The notes below the pieces were generated by a model, which was not told where the DNA came from, ran no database searches, and saw nothing but the letters and a program-made list of their open reading frames with translations. Of a stretch of 53,129 bases of DNA, positions 1 through 8,758 are shown piece after piece. The stretch is taken from contig JANLXF010000182.1 in the NCBI GenBank assembly GCA_031364965.1, forward strand, positions 1 to 53,129, written 5' to 3'. The number at the start of each line of letters is the position of its first letter. Position 1 is the stretch's first letter. A program made the position numbers and the translations under genes. Source of the stretch: Actinomycetes bacterium. GTDB lineage: Bacteria; Actinomycetota; UBA4738; HRBIN12.

Positions 1-594
1 TTGAAGCAGCCGGTCGACTACACCCACGAAGAGCGGCTCGCGATCGCCACCCACGAGGCGGGGCACGCCACGATCGCGTGGCTCGTCGGCAAGGACCGCA
101 AGCTCGAGGTCCTGTCGATCATCAAGCGTCGGGGGTCGCTCGGCCTCCTCGCGCACAGCGAGGAGGAGGAGCGGTTCACGCGGACGCGGTCCGAGCTCGA
201 GGCGGGCATCGCGATCGCGCTCGGCGGTCTGGTCGCCGAGGAGCAGTGCCTGGGCGAGTCGGGCACCGGCCCGGCCGCCGATCTCGCGCACGCGACCACG
301 CTCGCGGCCAACATGGTGGGCTCGTTCGGCATGGCGGGCTCGCTGATCTCGTACGACGCCGTGACCCACGGACCGATCGGCGGCGCCAACCTCGTCGCGA
401 AGGTGCTCTCCGACAGCGAGGGCAAGGAGCGGGTCGAGGACATCCTGGCCGCGCAGAAGGAGCGCGTCGAAGCCGTGCTCGCCGCGAACCGCGACGTGCA
501 CGCGGCGCTGCGGGACGCGCTGATCGAGCGCGACGAGCTGGTACGTGAGGAGATCATCGAGGTCATCGAGAAGGCGCTCGCGAACCGCGTCTGA
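1..594 (+). CDS. ftsH: FtsH-family zinc metalloprotease, C-terminal M41 peptidase part (5'-truncated by window edge)
   Basis: The frame is open from base 1. It has an HEAGHA (HEXXH) zinc motif at residues 18-23 and FtsH-like C-terminal helices. Stop at 592-594. Confidence 0.85.
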   Translation: MKQPVDYTHEERLAIATHEAGHATIAWLVGKDRKLEVLSIIKRRGSLGLLAHSEEEERFTRTRSELEAGIAIALGGLVAEEQCLGESGTGPAADLAHATTLAANMVGSFGMAGSLISYDAVTHGPIGGANLVAKVLSDSEGKERVEDILAAQKERVEAVLAANRDVHAALRDALIERDELVREEIIEVIEKALANRV

Positions 595-612
595 ACCGCT
601 CGAGGTCCGTCG

Positions 613-618
613 TAGACT
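613..618 (+). promoter_or_regulatory. Candidate -10 hexamer (TAGACT) for a leaderless thiolase mRNA
   Basis: TAGACT, then 7 nt, then ATG at 626. There is no SD-like purine run between them. It fits the actinobacterial TANNNT consensus. Confidence 0.4.
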
Positions 619-625
619 CGTCCGC

Positions 626-1807
626 ATGACCCGATCCGTCATCGTCGCCGGCGCGCGGACACCGTTCGGCCGATTCCAGAAGGGGCTGGCCGGCATGCGG
701 GCCGTCGAGCTCGGTGCCGTCGCGATCCGAGCTGCGCTCGAGCGGGCACGCGTGGAGCCCGGTCAGGTCGAGTACACGCTGATGGGCCACGTGCTCCTGG
801 CCGGGCAAGGACAGATCACCGCCCGCCAGGCCGCGATCGCCGCGGGGATCCCCAAGGAGATCCCGGCCATCACGATCAACAAGGTATGTCCTTCGGGGAT
901 GGCCGCGATCGCGATCGCCGATCAGATGATCCGTGCCGGTGATCTCGAGATCGCGGTCGCCGGGGGGATGGAGTCGATGACGAACGCCCCGTTCGTGCTC
1001 CCGAAGGCGCGCGAAGGGGCTCGGCTCGGCGACACGCCGATGCTCGACTCGATGATCCACGACGGACTGTGGTGCGCCTTCGACGATCGCCACATGGGGC
1101 AGGGCACCGACGTCGTCAGCGCCGAGCTCGGGATCACGCGCGAGGAACAGGACGCGTTCGCGGCGCGCTCCCACAAACTGGCCGCCCATGCCTGGGAGTC
1201 GGGGACCTTCGCGGGCGAGGTGGTGCCCGTGGCGGTGCCCCAAGGCAAGGGCGACCCTGTCGTCGTGGCGCGCGACGAAGGGGTGCGGCCCGACACCACC
1301 ATCGAGGCGCTCGCACGCCTCGGCCCGGCGTTCTCGCAGGACGGCACGGTCACGGCGGGGAACGCATCGCAGATCTCGGACGGCGCATGCGCGGTCGTGG
1401 TGATGAGCGAGGAGAAGGCCGCGGAGCTCGGGATGCAGCCCCTCGCACGGATCCTCGCCTACGGGATGTCGGCCGATCGCTTCCCGTCGCTGCACACGGT
1501 GCCGGCGATCGCGGCCGAGCGCGCGTTGAAGAAGGCGGGGCGAGCCGCCGCCGAGCTCGGTCTGGTGGAGATCAACGAGGCGTTCGCGGCGGTGCCGATC
1601 CACAGCGCCCGGATGCTCGACCTCGATCCCGAGATCGTGAACGTGAACGGAGGGGCCGTGGCGCTCGGCCATCCGGTGGGCGCGAGCGGCGCGCGGATCG
1701 TGCTCACGCTCGCGCTCGAGATGGGCCGGCGCGGGACCGAGCTGGGGGCGGCGGCGATCTGCGGCGGCGGAGGCCAGGGCGACGCACTCGTCCTCGCCCG
1801 CGCCTGA
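626..1807 (+). CDS. Acetyl-CoA acetyltransferase (thiolase II)
   Basis: MTRSVIVAGARTPFGRF N-terminus. Active-site Cys context NKVCPSGMAAI. C-terminal NVNGGAVALGHPVGASGARI and CGGGGQG thiolase signatures. I took the internal ATG at 626 instead of the track start at 545, whose extension is Arg/Ser-rich junk. Confidence 0.9.
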   Translation: MTRSVIVAGARTPFGRFQKGLAGMRAVELGAVAIRAALERARVEPGQVEYTLMGHVLLAGQGQITARQAAIAAGIPKEIPAITINKVCPSGMAAIAIADQMIRAGDLEIAVAGGMESMTNAPFVLPKAREGARLGDTPMLDSMIHDGLWCAFDDRHMGQGTDVVSAELGITREEQDAFAARSHKLAAHAWESGTFAGEVVPVAVPQGKGDPVVVARDEGVRPDTTIEALARLGPAFSQDGTVTAGNASQISDGACAVVVMSEEKAAELGMQPLARILAYGMSADRFPSLHTVPAIAAERALKKAGRAAAELGLVEINEAFAAVPIHSARMLDLDPEIVNVNGGAVALGHPVGASGARIVLTLALEMGRRGTELGAAAICGGGGQGDALVLARA

Positions 1808-1810
1808 TCC

Positions 1811-4800
1811 TCAGTCCTCGGCGGACAGCTCCGACAGACGGTGGAGCTCCTGCACCATGAGCGCCTCCGCGGTCTTGTCCCAGACGTCGGGCTGACCTTC
1901 GACGACGATCCGCAGGTCTGAGGCATCGCCGTTCGCCTCGCCGAGATCGCCCGTGGCCTCCGCGGATCCATCGGGCAGGAATACCCGGAACGCCGATCCT
2001 CCGTCCTCGACGCTCTCGACCTTCGCCCATCCGCCCTGGACCTCGGCGAACCGCCGCACGACGGGGCTGAGCGAGGCATCGGACGACGTCTGCGGGTCCT
2101 CGACCGAGAGCATCACGCCGCCGTCGACGCTCAGCAGCCGGACGCGGATCATCTTCTTGCCCGGGGTGCGATCGCCCGCGTTGCGGAGGAGGCCGGCGAG
2201 GATCTGCTCGGTGCGCAACTGATCGACCGCGACCACGATCCGGTCGGTCTCGAGCCGGACCTCGTGGGTCTCCTCGATGCCGGATTCCTCGACGACCCGC
2301 TGGACGAGCGCTTCGAGGTCCGTTCGCTTCGGGTGAAGCTGCACGGTGCCCCGAACGAGCTCCTCGGCGTCGGTCATGTCCGAGACGACGTGGTCGAGAC
2401 GCCGCGCGTATGTCGTGAGCTGCCGCAGGAGTTGCGCCTGATCCTTCGCGTCCTTCTTGTGCTTGAGGATCTGTGCGAGGCCGAGGATCCGCGACAGGGA
2501 TTTCTTCGCGTCGAGCGAGAGCTCCTTGACGAATGGGGAAGTGGCGCGCCGGTCCTCGTACGGGACCGCGTCACCGATCGTCAGCGCGTCGTCGGCGTGG
2601 TCGGCCGGCATGGATGGCTCGTGCTCGCCCCGGATCTGGCGCATCGCCTCGGTCATCTGGTGCTGACGGAGCTCACCCTCCACCTCGTCGATCCGCTCGC
2701 GCGTGCCGGCGAGATCGCGTTCGAGGTCGTGGGCCCGTTCCTCGGCGGCGATCAGTTTTTCGGTCTGGCCGGCGAGCCGCTCCTGCGTGATGCGCAGGAG
2801 ATCGTCGAGGTCGGCGCGTCCCTCGGTCGCCGCGGTTTCCAGCGCGCGACGCGCCTCGATCTCCTGCAGGCGCCGGTTGAGGTCCGCGTTGTCCTGCGTG
2901 GCGTCTTCGAGGTCCGCGGCGAGCTTGGTCGCCCGCTGGTCGAGCGCGGCCGCCTGACGCTGCGCCTGCGCCGAGGCCTCGGCCAGCCGCGCGGCCTCAG
3001 CCCCGCGCTCCTCCGCCGCCGTCAGTGCCTCGGTCAACGCGCGTCGCGCCTCGCCAAGCTCGTCACCGAGCTGCTGGGCCGCAGCGCTCGCGCTCGCGAT
3101 CTCCTGCTCGGCCCCGGCGAACCGATCCGTGCGATCCGCGAGATCGGTACGCAGCGCCTCGAGATCGGCTTTGGCCGCCGCCTCGAGCGCGGCGATCCGC
3201 TGGGCGGTCGCCCGCTGCATCGTCTCGAGCTCGTGCCGGTGGCGGGATGCTTCCTCCTCGAGCTGGTCCTGGAACTCCTCCCGGGTTGCCCGGACCTTGT
3301 CCTCGAGGTCGGCCTCGCGTTCGATCAGCTCGGCGCGGTGCGAGGCCCGCGCCGAGTCGAGCTCTGCACGCGCGGCACGGAGCTCGTCCTCGAGCATCGC
3401 GGCACGCTGTTCCTCGGCGCGGAGGGCGCGGAGCTCGGTCCGTGCGTCCTCCAGCTCCGTGCGCCCCGACCTGAGGGCGGCCTTCGCGGACTCTGCGGCC
3501 TCGCGCGCGCGGAGCACCTCGATGTGTGCCCCGTCGAGGTCGCGTTGCAGCGCCTCGGCACGCTCGACGAGCGCCATCGCGCTCCCGCGCTCGGCTGCCG
3601 CCGCCTCGAGCTCTCCGTGGGCGACCGAGAGCTGCGCCTGGGCGCCTTCCAGCTCGGCGCGCAGCCCGATCGCCTCGCCCTCGGCGCGAGCGAGGCGATC
3701 CACGAGCTCGGGATCGACCTCGGGTCCGTCGGGGCGGGCGGCGAGCGCGGCCGCGATCTCCGCGTGCTCGGCCGCGAGCTGCGCGCGGTCGGCGACGAGG
3801 GCGTCGCGCTCCTCGGCGAGCAGGTCCCGTTCGAGGACGGCGGCATCTCGCTCCCGTTCGGTGGTCTCCCGCGCCGCCGTGACCTCGCGGAGGTCGGCCG
3901 CCACGGCCGACAGCTGGTCGCGCTCCGCGCTGACGGCTCCGAGACGGTCGGAGGCCTTGAGCAACTCGTCCTCGAGGAGGCGTGCGCGATCCTCGGCTCG
4001 AAGCAGCCGGTCCTGGATCGCCGGGTCGGTACGCGTCTCGGTCGCGCGCCGCTGCGCGATCTGGAGGTCATCAAGGGTCTTGCGGTACTGCTCCTGGAGC
4101 ACCGTGAGACGCTCCTCCGCCGCGTGCGCCCGCTCTTCCGCCTTGCGGCGCGCGTCCCCTTCCTCGCGCAGGCCCGGGATCGGGACGGCGATCGGCCGGG
4201 GAGCCTGGGGGTCCTGGCGCGGAACCTGGGTCGTGGCGCCGGGGACACGTTGCTGGAGCCGCGCCACGAAGCTGCCCTGGGCGCCCACCGAGTTGGCCAG
4301 GCGCGCGGTCCGCCACAGCACGAACCCGAGGATCAACTCCGCGAGCGCCAAGACCGCCGCCATCGTCCGCCACGCGCCACCGGCCGAGGCGATCGGGGAG
4401 TCCGAGCGCGTGAGCTCGACGACCGCGTCGCGTCCGATCCCGGACCGGAACGTCAAGGGGACCATGATCGAGATCGTGCCGTCGGCGGTGCTGACTTGAG
4501 GCCGGCCCTTCAGCGCCGCGCGGATCCGTTCGGCCTCCCCGGCGAGCTCGTTGCCGATCCGGCTCTCGTCCATCGAGTACAGGATCGTGCCGGCGTCGTC
4601 GAACAGCGTCACCATCTCGAAGTCGCTGGGTTCGAGCACGACCGCCTGGATGCGCTCGGTGAGGTCGCTCGCATGGCCGGGCGAGGCCTCGGCCAACGTG
4701 TCCTCCGGGCGGAACACGAGGGTCAGGGAGGAATCGGTGATCGTCGTGGCCTGCTCCACGATCGCCTCCTGCGCGCGGTTGCGCTCGGTGACGTTCATGA

Positions 4801-4891
4801 ACAACGATCCGGCGACCCCGACCACGAGCAGGAGCGCGAGCGCGATCAGCAGGCTCCTCGCCACCCCGTATCCCTGCGTGCTACCAGCCAT
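1811..4891 (-). CDS. Membrane-anchored giant coiled-coil protein with a C-terminal degenerate (His-less) histidine-kinase-like DHp/HATPase module
   Basis: Two hydrophobic helices flank a roughly 140-aa extracytoplasmic domain. About 500 aa of A/E/R/L/D-rich heptad-like sequence follows. The last 242 aa resemble DHp+CA, with an N-box LLRNAGDRTP but Leu where the H-box His is expected. ATG 4891 has AGGGGG 5 nt upstream. An alternative GTG start lies at 4966. Confidence 0.7.
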   Translation of the reverse strand: MAGSTQGYGVARSLLIALALLLVVGVAGSLFMNVTERNRAQEAIVEQATTITDSSLTLVFRPEDTLAEASPGHASDLTERIQAVVLEPSDFEMVTLFDDAGTILYSMDESRIGNELAGEAERIRAALKGRPQVSTADGTISIMVPLTFRSGIGRDAVVELTRSDSPIASAGGAWRTMAAVLALAELILGFVLWRTARLANSVGAQGSFVARLQQRVPGATTQVPRQDPQAPRPIAVPIPGLREEGDARRKAEERAHAAEERLTVLQEQYRKTLDDLQIAQRRATETRTDPAIQDRLLRAEDRARLLEDELLKASDRLGAVSAERDQLSAVAADLREVTAARETTERERDAAVLERDLLAEERDALVADRAQLAAEHAEIAAALAARPDGPEVDPELVDRLARAEGEAIGLRAELEGAQAQLSVAHGELEAAAAERGSAMALVERAEALQRDLDGAHIEVLRAREAAESAKAALRSGRTELEDARTELRALRAEEQRAAMLEDELRAARAELDSARASHRAELIEREADLEDKVRATREEFQDQLEEEASRHRHELETMQRATAQRIAALEAAAKADLEALRTDLADRTDRFAGAEQEIASASAAAQQLGDELGEARRALTEALTAAEERGAEAARLAEASAQAQRQAAALDQRATKLAADLEDATQDNADLNRRLQEIEARRALETAATEGRADLDDLLRITQERLAGQTEKLIAAEERAHDLERDLAGTRERIDEVEGELRQHQMTEAMRQIRGEHEPSMPADHADDALTIGDAVPYEDRRATSPFVKELSLDAKKSLSRILGLAQILKHKKDAKDQAQLLRQLTTYARRLDHVVSDMTDAEELVRGTVQLHPKRTDLEALVQRVVEESGIEETHEVRLETDRIVVAVDQLRTEQILAGLLRNAGDRTPGKKMIRVRLLSVDGGVMLSVEDPQTSSDASLSPVVRRFAEVQGGWAKVESVEDGGSAFRVFLPDGSAEATGDLGEANGDASDLRIVVEGQPDVWDKTAEALMVQELHRLSELSAED

Positions 4892-5014
4892 GCCTGCCCC
4901 CTGCGCCCGAGTTCTGACCTCCTGCGCTGGGTTATCGGCACGACGACGCCGAAGATTCAGTTCCACTGGGTGGTGAGTTCCTCCCCCGCGGGCGGCCGAC
5001 AGGCTCGGCCGTTC

Positions 5015-5031
5015 GGCCTACCGTCTAGGCC
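5015..5031 (-). promoter_or_regulatory. Inverted repeat GGCCTA-N5-TAGGCC between the sbcC stop and the coiled-coil gene, embedded in a 9-nt direct repeat (GGCCGTTCG at 5007 and 5028)
   Basis: Read directly from the sequence. It sits 16 nt downstream of the sbcC stop. There is no U-tract, so it could be a terminator or an operator. Confidence 0.3.
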
Positions 5032-5046
5032 GTTCGCCGGTCGAGG

Positions 5047-7584
5047 TCACGGCCGCGTCGTGGCGCCCGAGACGACCACCGTGTCGCCCGACCTCGGGTC
5101 CTTGTCCAGCACGATGAGGTCCTCGATCGCGTCGCGCATCTCGGCGACATGACTGACGAGCACGACCAGGCGGCGGTCGTCGTCGGCCACCAGGCGCTCG
5201 ATCCCGGCCATCGCGCGGTCGAGATGTTCGGGGTCCAGTGATCCGAACCCCTCGTCGAGGAAGAACGCGTCGAGCCGCCCGCCCCCGCGAGCGACCATCT
5301 CCGCCAGCGCGAGCGCGAGGGCGAGCGAGGCCAGGAACGTCTCGCCGCCCGAGAGCGACTCGGCCTTACGCGTCCGGTCGGCGGCGTTCAGGTCGAGGAT
5401 GTCGAACGAGTCGTCGGCGGCGAAGCGGTAGCCGCCGTCGGTGAGCGCCTCGAACAGCCCGCTCCCGAGCTCGGCGAGCTCCGCGCGCTCCTCCTCCAGC
5501 AAGAACGCGAGGAACTTGCCCGGCTTGAGATCGTCGGCCAGCCGTCGCGCGAGGTCGTGCCGGGTCTGGGCGTCCACCATCTCCCGCTCCAGTGCACCGG
5601 ATCGGGCCAGCTGCGTCTCGAGTTCCTCGATCGCCCCCGCCGCCGCGGCGTGCCGTGCCCCCGCGGCCGCCCGTTCGGCGTGGAAGTCCACCTCGGGGTC
5701 GAGCCCCAGACCGAGGAGCACCTGGGCGAGCGAGGCGAGGCTCGCGGCGGCTCGTTCGCGGGCCTCGGCCTCCGCGGCGCTCGCCACCTCGAGGCGCGAG
5801 ACCAGCGTTTCCCCGACCTCGACGTAGGCGCTCCGCAGCTGCTCGGGGGCGGTCGCGATCGAGCGCTTCGCGCCCAGGGCGCCCCACGCAGAGGCGAGCT
5901 CGCCGGCGAGCGACGTGAGGGTGGCCTGCACGCTTTCGGCGCGGTCCCGTACGGCGTCGATCTTGCGGTGGGCCGTCTCGACGCCGGCCGCGGCCTCCTC
6001 GGCGGCACGCTCTGCCGCCTCGAGCTCGGAGGTCCGTGCCTGGATCAACGCCCGCGGCTCCCCGTCTCCCAGCCGCTCGGCGAGCCGGTCCTTCGCGGCC
6101 GTCAGCTCGGCCTCGGCATCGCGCACCGCGGTCTCGGTCTCCGCCCGCGCCGTGGTCGCCTCCTCGAGCCGCCGCTCGGCCTCGGCGGTTGCGGTCTCGG
6201 CCGACCCCACCTGGGCGCTCAGCAGCTCCCGTTGGGCACGCAGATCCGCCTCGGCCGTCTCGGCCTTCGTGGCGGCCTTACGCGCGGTTGTCACGGTCTT
6301 GGCTGCCGCCGCGCGCCTGGGGAGCGCGACGACCGGCTGCGCGCAGACCGGACACGGTTCGCCCCGCACGAGCTCCCCCCGCAGCTCGTGCGCCATCTCG
6401 GTGTGCTGCGCGGCGGCGAGCGCCTCCCGCGCCTCGGCGGTTGCCGCGATCGCCCCGGTCAGGCGTTCTCCCGCCTGGGCGGCGGCCCCCCGGGCGTCGG
6501 CTGCCCGCCGCGTGCGATCGTCGCAGAGCTCCCGCGCCGACCCAACGGCAGCCTCGGGCGCCGCAAGGGCGGCGGGGAGGCGCTCGAGCGGGCGGGCGAG
6601 CTCGTCGTGGTGGTCGACGTGCTGCTCGAACGAGCGCAGCTGCGCGCGGTCGCCCAGCCGGTCGCGCACCGAGGCCAGCTCGGCGTCGCGCGCCGCGCGC
6701 GCTTCCTCGGCGGCCGCGAGCCGCGCCTTGGCGTCGTCGACCGCCTCGTGCGCCGAGCTCGCGGCCTCGAGCACGCCGTCGACCTGCTCCCCAGGAGTAA
6801 GCGATCCACCGATGCGCTGGAGCAGCTCGATCTGGGTCCGACCGGCCTCTGCCTCGACGAGTGCCGCGCGCCGCGCCTCGGCCAGCTGCTCGACCTGGGG
6901 CGCGGTGGCGTCGAAGCGCCTGACATCGTCGGTCGCGGCGTCGGCGCGTGCGCGAGCCTCGACGAGCCGCCCGCGCACCTCCTCGATCGTCCCGCGTTCC
7001 CTGTCGAGGGACGCCAGCACGAGCCCCTCCCGTTCGAGCCGGCCCTCCGCCGCCGCCTTGGCGGCGTCCAGGCGCTCGTAGCCGAACACGCCCTTGAGCA
7101 CCCGGTCGCGTTCGGCATGCGTCGCGGTGAGGAAGTCCGCGAACCGATTCTGCGCCAGCAGCACGGACCGGCAGAAGGTCTGGAAGTCCATGCCGAGCAG
7201 CAGCTCGATGCGGTCGTTGACCAGCCGTTCCTGCGTCACGGTCTCGAGGATCTCGGCGTCGGGATCCTCGCTCGAACGCAGGAGCAGCTGATGGCCGGAC
7301 TGCCCCTTGCGCTTAGGCGCCCGGACGGCCTGCCACACCTGGCCGTCGACACGGAACGTCAGCGAAACGTGGGCTTGGTCGCAGAGCTGGTGGATCAGCG
7401 ACTTCGTGTCGCGGCCCACCCCGGGGGTCTTGCCGTAGAGCGCGAACGCGATCGCATCGAGGATCGATGACTTGCCTGCGCCGATCGGCCCCACGATGCC
7501 GACGAGCCGGCGATCGCGCCAGTCGAACGAGACCTTCCCTCGGTACGACCGGAAGCCCTCGAGCGTGAGCTCAATCGGCCGCAT
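5047..7584 (-). CDS. sbcC: SbcC/Rad50-family DNA double-strand-break repair ATPase
   Basis: N-terminal Walker [21 protein letters not shown]. Long Ala/Glu coiled coil with a central CPVC zinc hook. C-terminal signature [17 protein letters not shown] and Walker [12 protein letters not shown]. Confidence 0.88.
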   Translation of the reverse strand: MRPIELTLEGFRSYRGKVSFDWRDRRLVGIVGPIGAGKSSILDAIAFALYGKTPGVGRDTKSLIHQLCDQAHVSLTFRVDGQVWQAVRAPKRKGQSGHQLLLRSSEDPDAEILETVTQERLVNDRIELLLGMDFQTFCRSVLLAQNRFADFLTATHAERDRVLKGVFGYERLDAAKAAAEGRLEREGLVLASLDRERGTIEEVRGRLVEARARADAATDDVRRFDATAPQVEQLAEARRAALVEAEAGRTQIELLQRIGGSLTPGEQVDGVLEAASSAHEAVDDAKARLAAAEEARAARDAELASVRDRLGDRAQLRSFEQHVDHHDELARPLERLPAALAAPEAAVGSARELCDDRTRRAADARGAAAQAGERLTGAIAATAEAREALAAAQHTEMAHELRGELVRGEPCPVCAQPVVALPRRAAAAKTVTTARKAATKAETAEADLRAQRELLSAQVGSAETATAEAERRLEEATTARAETETAVRDAEAELTAAKDRLAERLGDGEPRALIQARTSELEAAERAAEEAAAGVETAHRKIDAVRDRAESVQATLTSLAGELASAWGALGAKRSIATAPEQLRSAYVEVGETLVSRLEVASAAEAEARERAAASLASLAQVLLGLGLDPEVDFHAERAAAGARHAAAAGAIEELETQLARSGALEREMVDAQTRHDLARRLADDLKPGKFLAFLLEEERAELAELGSGLFEALTDGGYRFAADDSFDILDLNAADRTRKAESLSGGETFLASLALALALAEMVARGGGRLDAFFLDEGFGSLDPEHLDRAMAGIERLVADDDRRLVVLVSHVAEMRDAIEDLIVLDKDPRSGDTVVVSGATTRP

Positions 7585-8737
7585 CGGCGGCCTCCTCGAG
7601 CACCTCGCGGAACAGGGCGAGCAGGTCGTCGGGCGCGGGCTCCGTTCGCTCGCGGCGGTAGTAGTCGGCGTAGAGCTCGTCCCAGGTGCGATGCCCTTTC
7701 ACGAGCCGTTCGCGGCGCTCAGCCTCGGGCCGCCAGGCGCGGACCTTCACGAGGAAGGGGAACGCCTCGCGCGCGCGGTCGGCGAGCGTGAGATCGGTCC
7801 CGGACGTGCGGACCGTGAGGTCGAGGAAGACGTCGGCGAGCTCGTCGGTCCGCGCCTCGATCGCCTCCCACTCGTCGGTCACCCGCAACAGACGCCGGCC
7901 CCGTTCGAGCGGCACGCTCTCGACCGTGGCGAGGCGGCCGGGCTCGGCGTCGACCACGATCACCCGTTTGTGCTCCCCGGCCTCGCCGAAGTCCAGCCCC
8001 AGCAGCGATCCCGCGTAGTGCGCCGGGACCGGTGCCCCCGGCACCGGTTGGGGCGCGTGGATATGGCCCATCGCCACGTATTGGGGGCCTGCGGGGATCG
8101 AGCCCGAGGTCGCCGCATAGGCGTCGCCCATGTGGAGCTCGCGCTCGCCCCGAGGCGCGCCCCGGTCGACGTGGACCCCGCCCACCATGAAGTGCGCCAT
8201 CAGGATCGGGACCGCATCGGCGCCGGCGGCCGCGACGAGGGCCTCGTTGTAGGCGCTCGTGATCGCGGCGACCTTGTCGGCATAGGCGCGGTACCACGCG
8301 CCGGCCTCCCTCATGAAGTCCACGACGCGCCCCTCCCGCAGGAAGGGGAATCCGGCCACGACCGCGGGCACCCCCAGCTCGCCGGGGCCGATCAGCGCGC
8401 CTTCGCCCGGGCGCTTGATGTCGCCGATCAGGAACACTCCCCGCGGACGCAAGAGCGGGGCGAGGGCCTCGAACAGCTCGGGGGAGTCGTGGTTGCCAGC
8501 CACGGCGACCACCGGTCGGCGTTCGGCGAGGCGCACCATCGTCTGCAACCCCAGGGTGAGCGCGTCCATCGGTGGCACCGGCCGATCCCAGACGTCGCCC
8601 GAGATCAGCACGAGGTCCACCTCATGTGCGTCGGCGATCGTCTCGACCTCGTCGAGGACGGCGGCGTGCTCGTCCATGCGGTGGTGACGCCCGAGCTTCT
8701 TGCCGACGTGCCAGTCCGAGGTATGGAGGATCTTCAT
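7571..8737 (-). CDS. sbcD: SbcD/Mre11-family nuclease
   Basis: MKILHTSDWHVGKKL, SGDVWD and VAGNHDS calcineurin-like phosphoesterase motifs. It overlaps the sbcC start by 14 nt. Confidence 0.9.
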   Translation of the reverse strand: MKILHTSDWHVGKKLGRHHRMDEHAAVLDEVETIADAHEVDLVLISGDVWDRPVPPMDALTLGLQTMVRLAERRPVVAVAGNHDSPELFEALAPLLRPRGVFLIGDIKRPGEGALIGPGELGVPAVVAGFPFLREGRVVDFMREAGAWYRAYADKVAAITSAYNEALVAAAGADAVPILMAHFMVGGVHVDRGAPRGERELHMGDAYAATSGSIPAGPQYVAMGHIHAPQPVPGAPVPAHYAGSLLGLDFGEAGEHKRVIVVDAEPGRLATVESVPLERGRRLLRVTDEWEAIEARTDELADVFLDLTVRTSGTDLTLADRAREAFPFLVKVRAWRPEAERRERLVKGHRTWDELYADYYRRERTEPAPDDLLALFREVLEEAADAAD

Positions 8738-8758
8738 CGGGGGAGGCGACGGGCCCTA

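Noticed and set aside
18-1672. Minus-strand ORFs opposite ftsH and the thiolase (18-566 and 563-1672)
   Set aside because: These are shadow ORFs of strongly supported plus-strand genes.
2264-5152. 962-aa plus-strand ORF covering the whole coiled-coil gene
   Set aside because: It is the antisense mirror of the real minus-strand gene. The product is Arg/Gly/Leu/Pro-rich with no motifs. Such long shadow ORFs are expected at this GC content.
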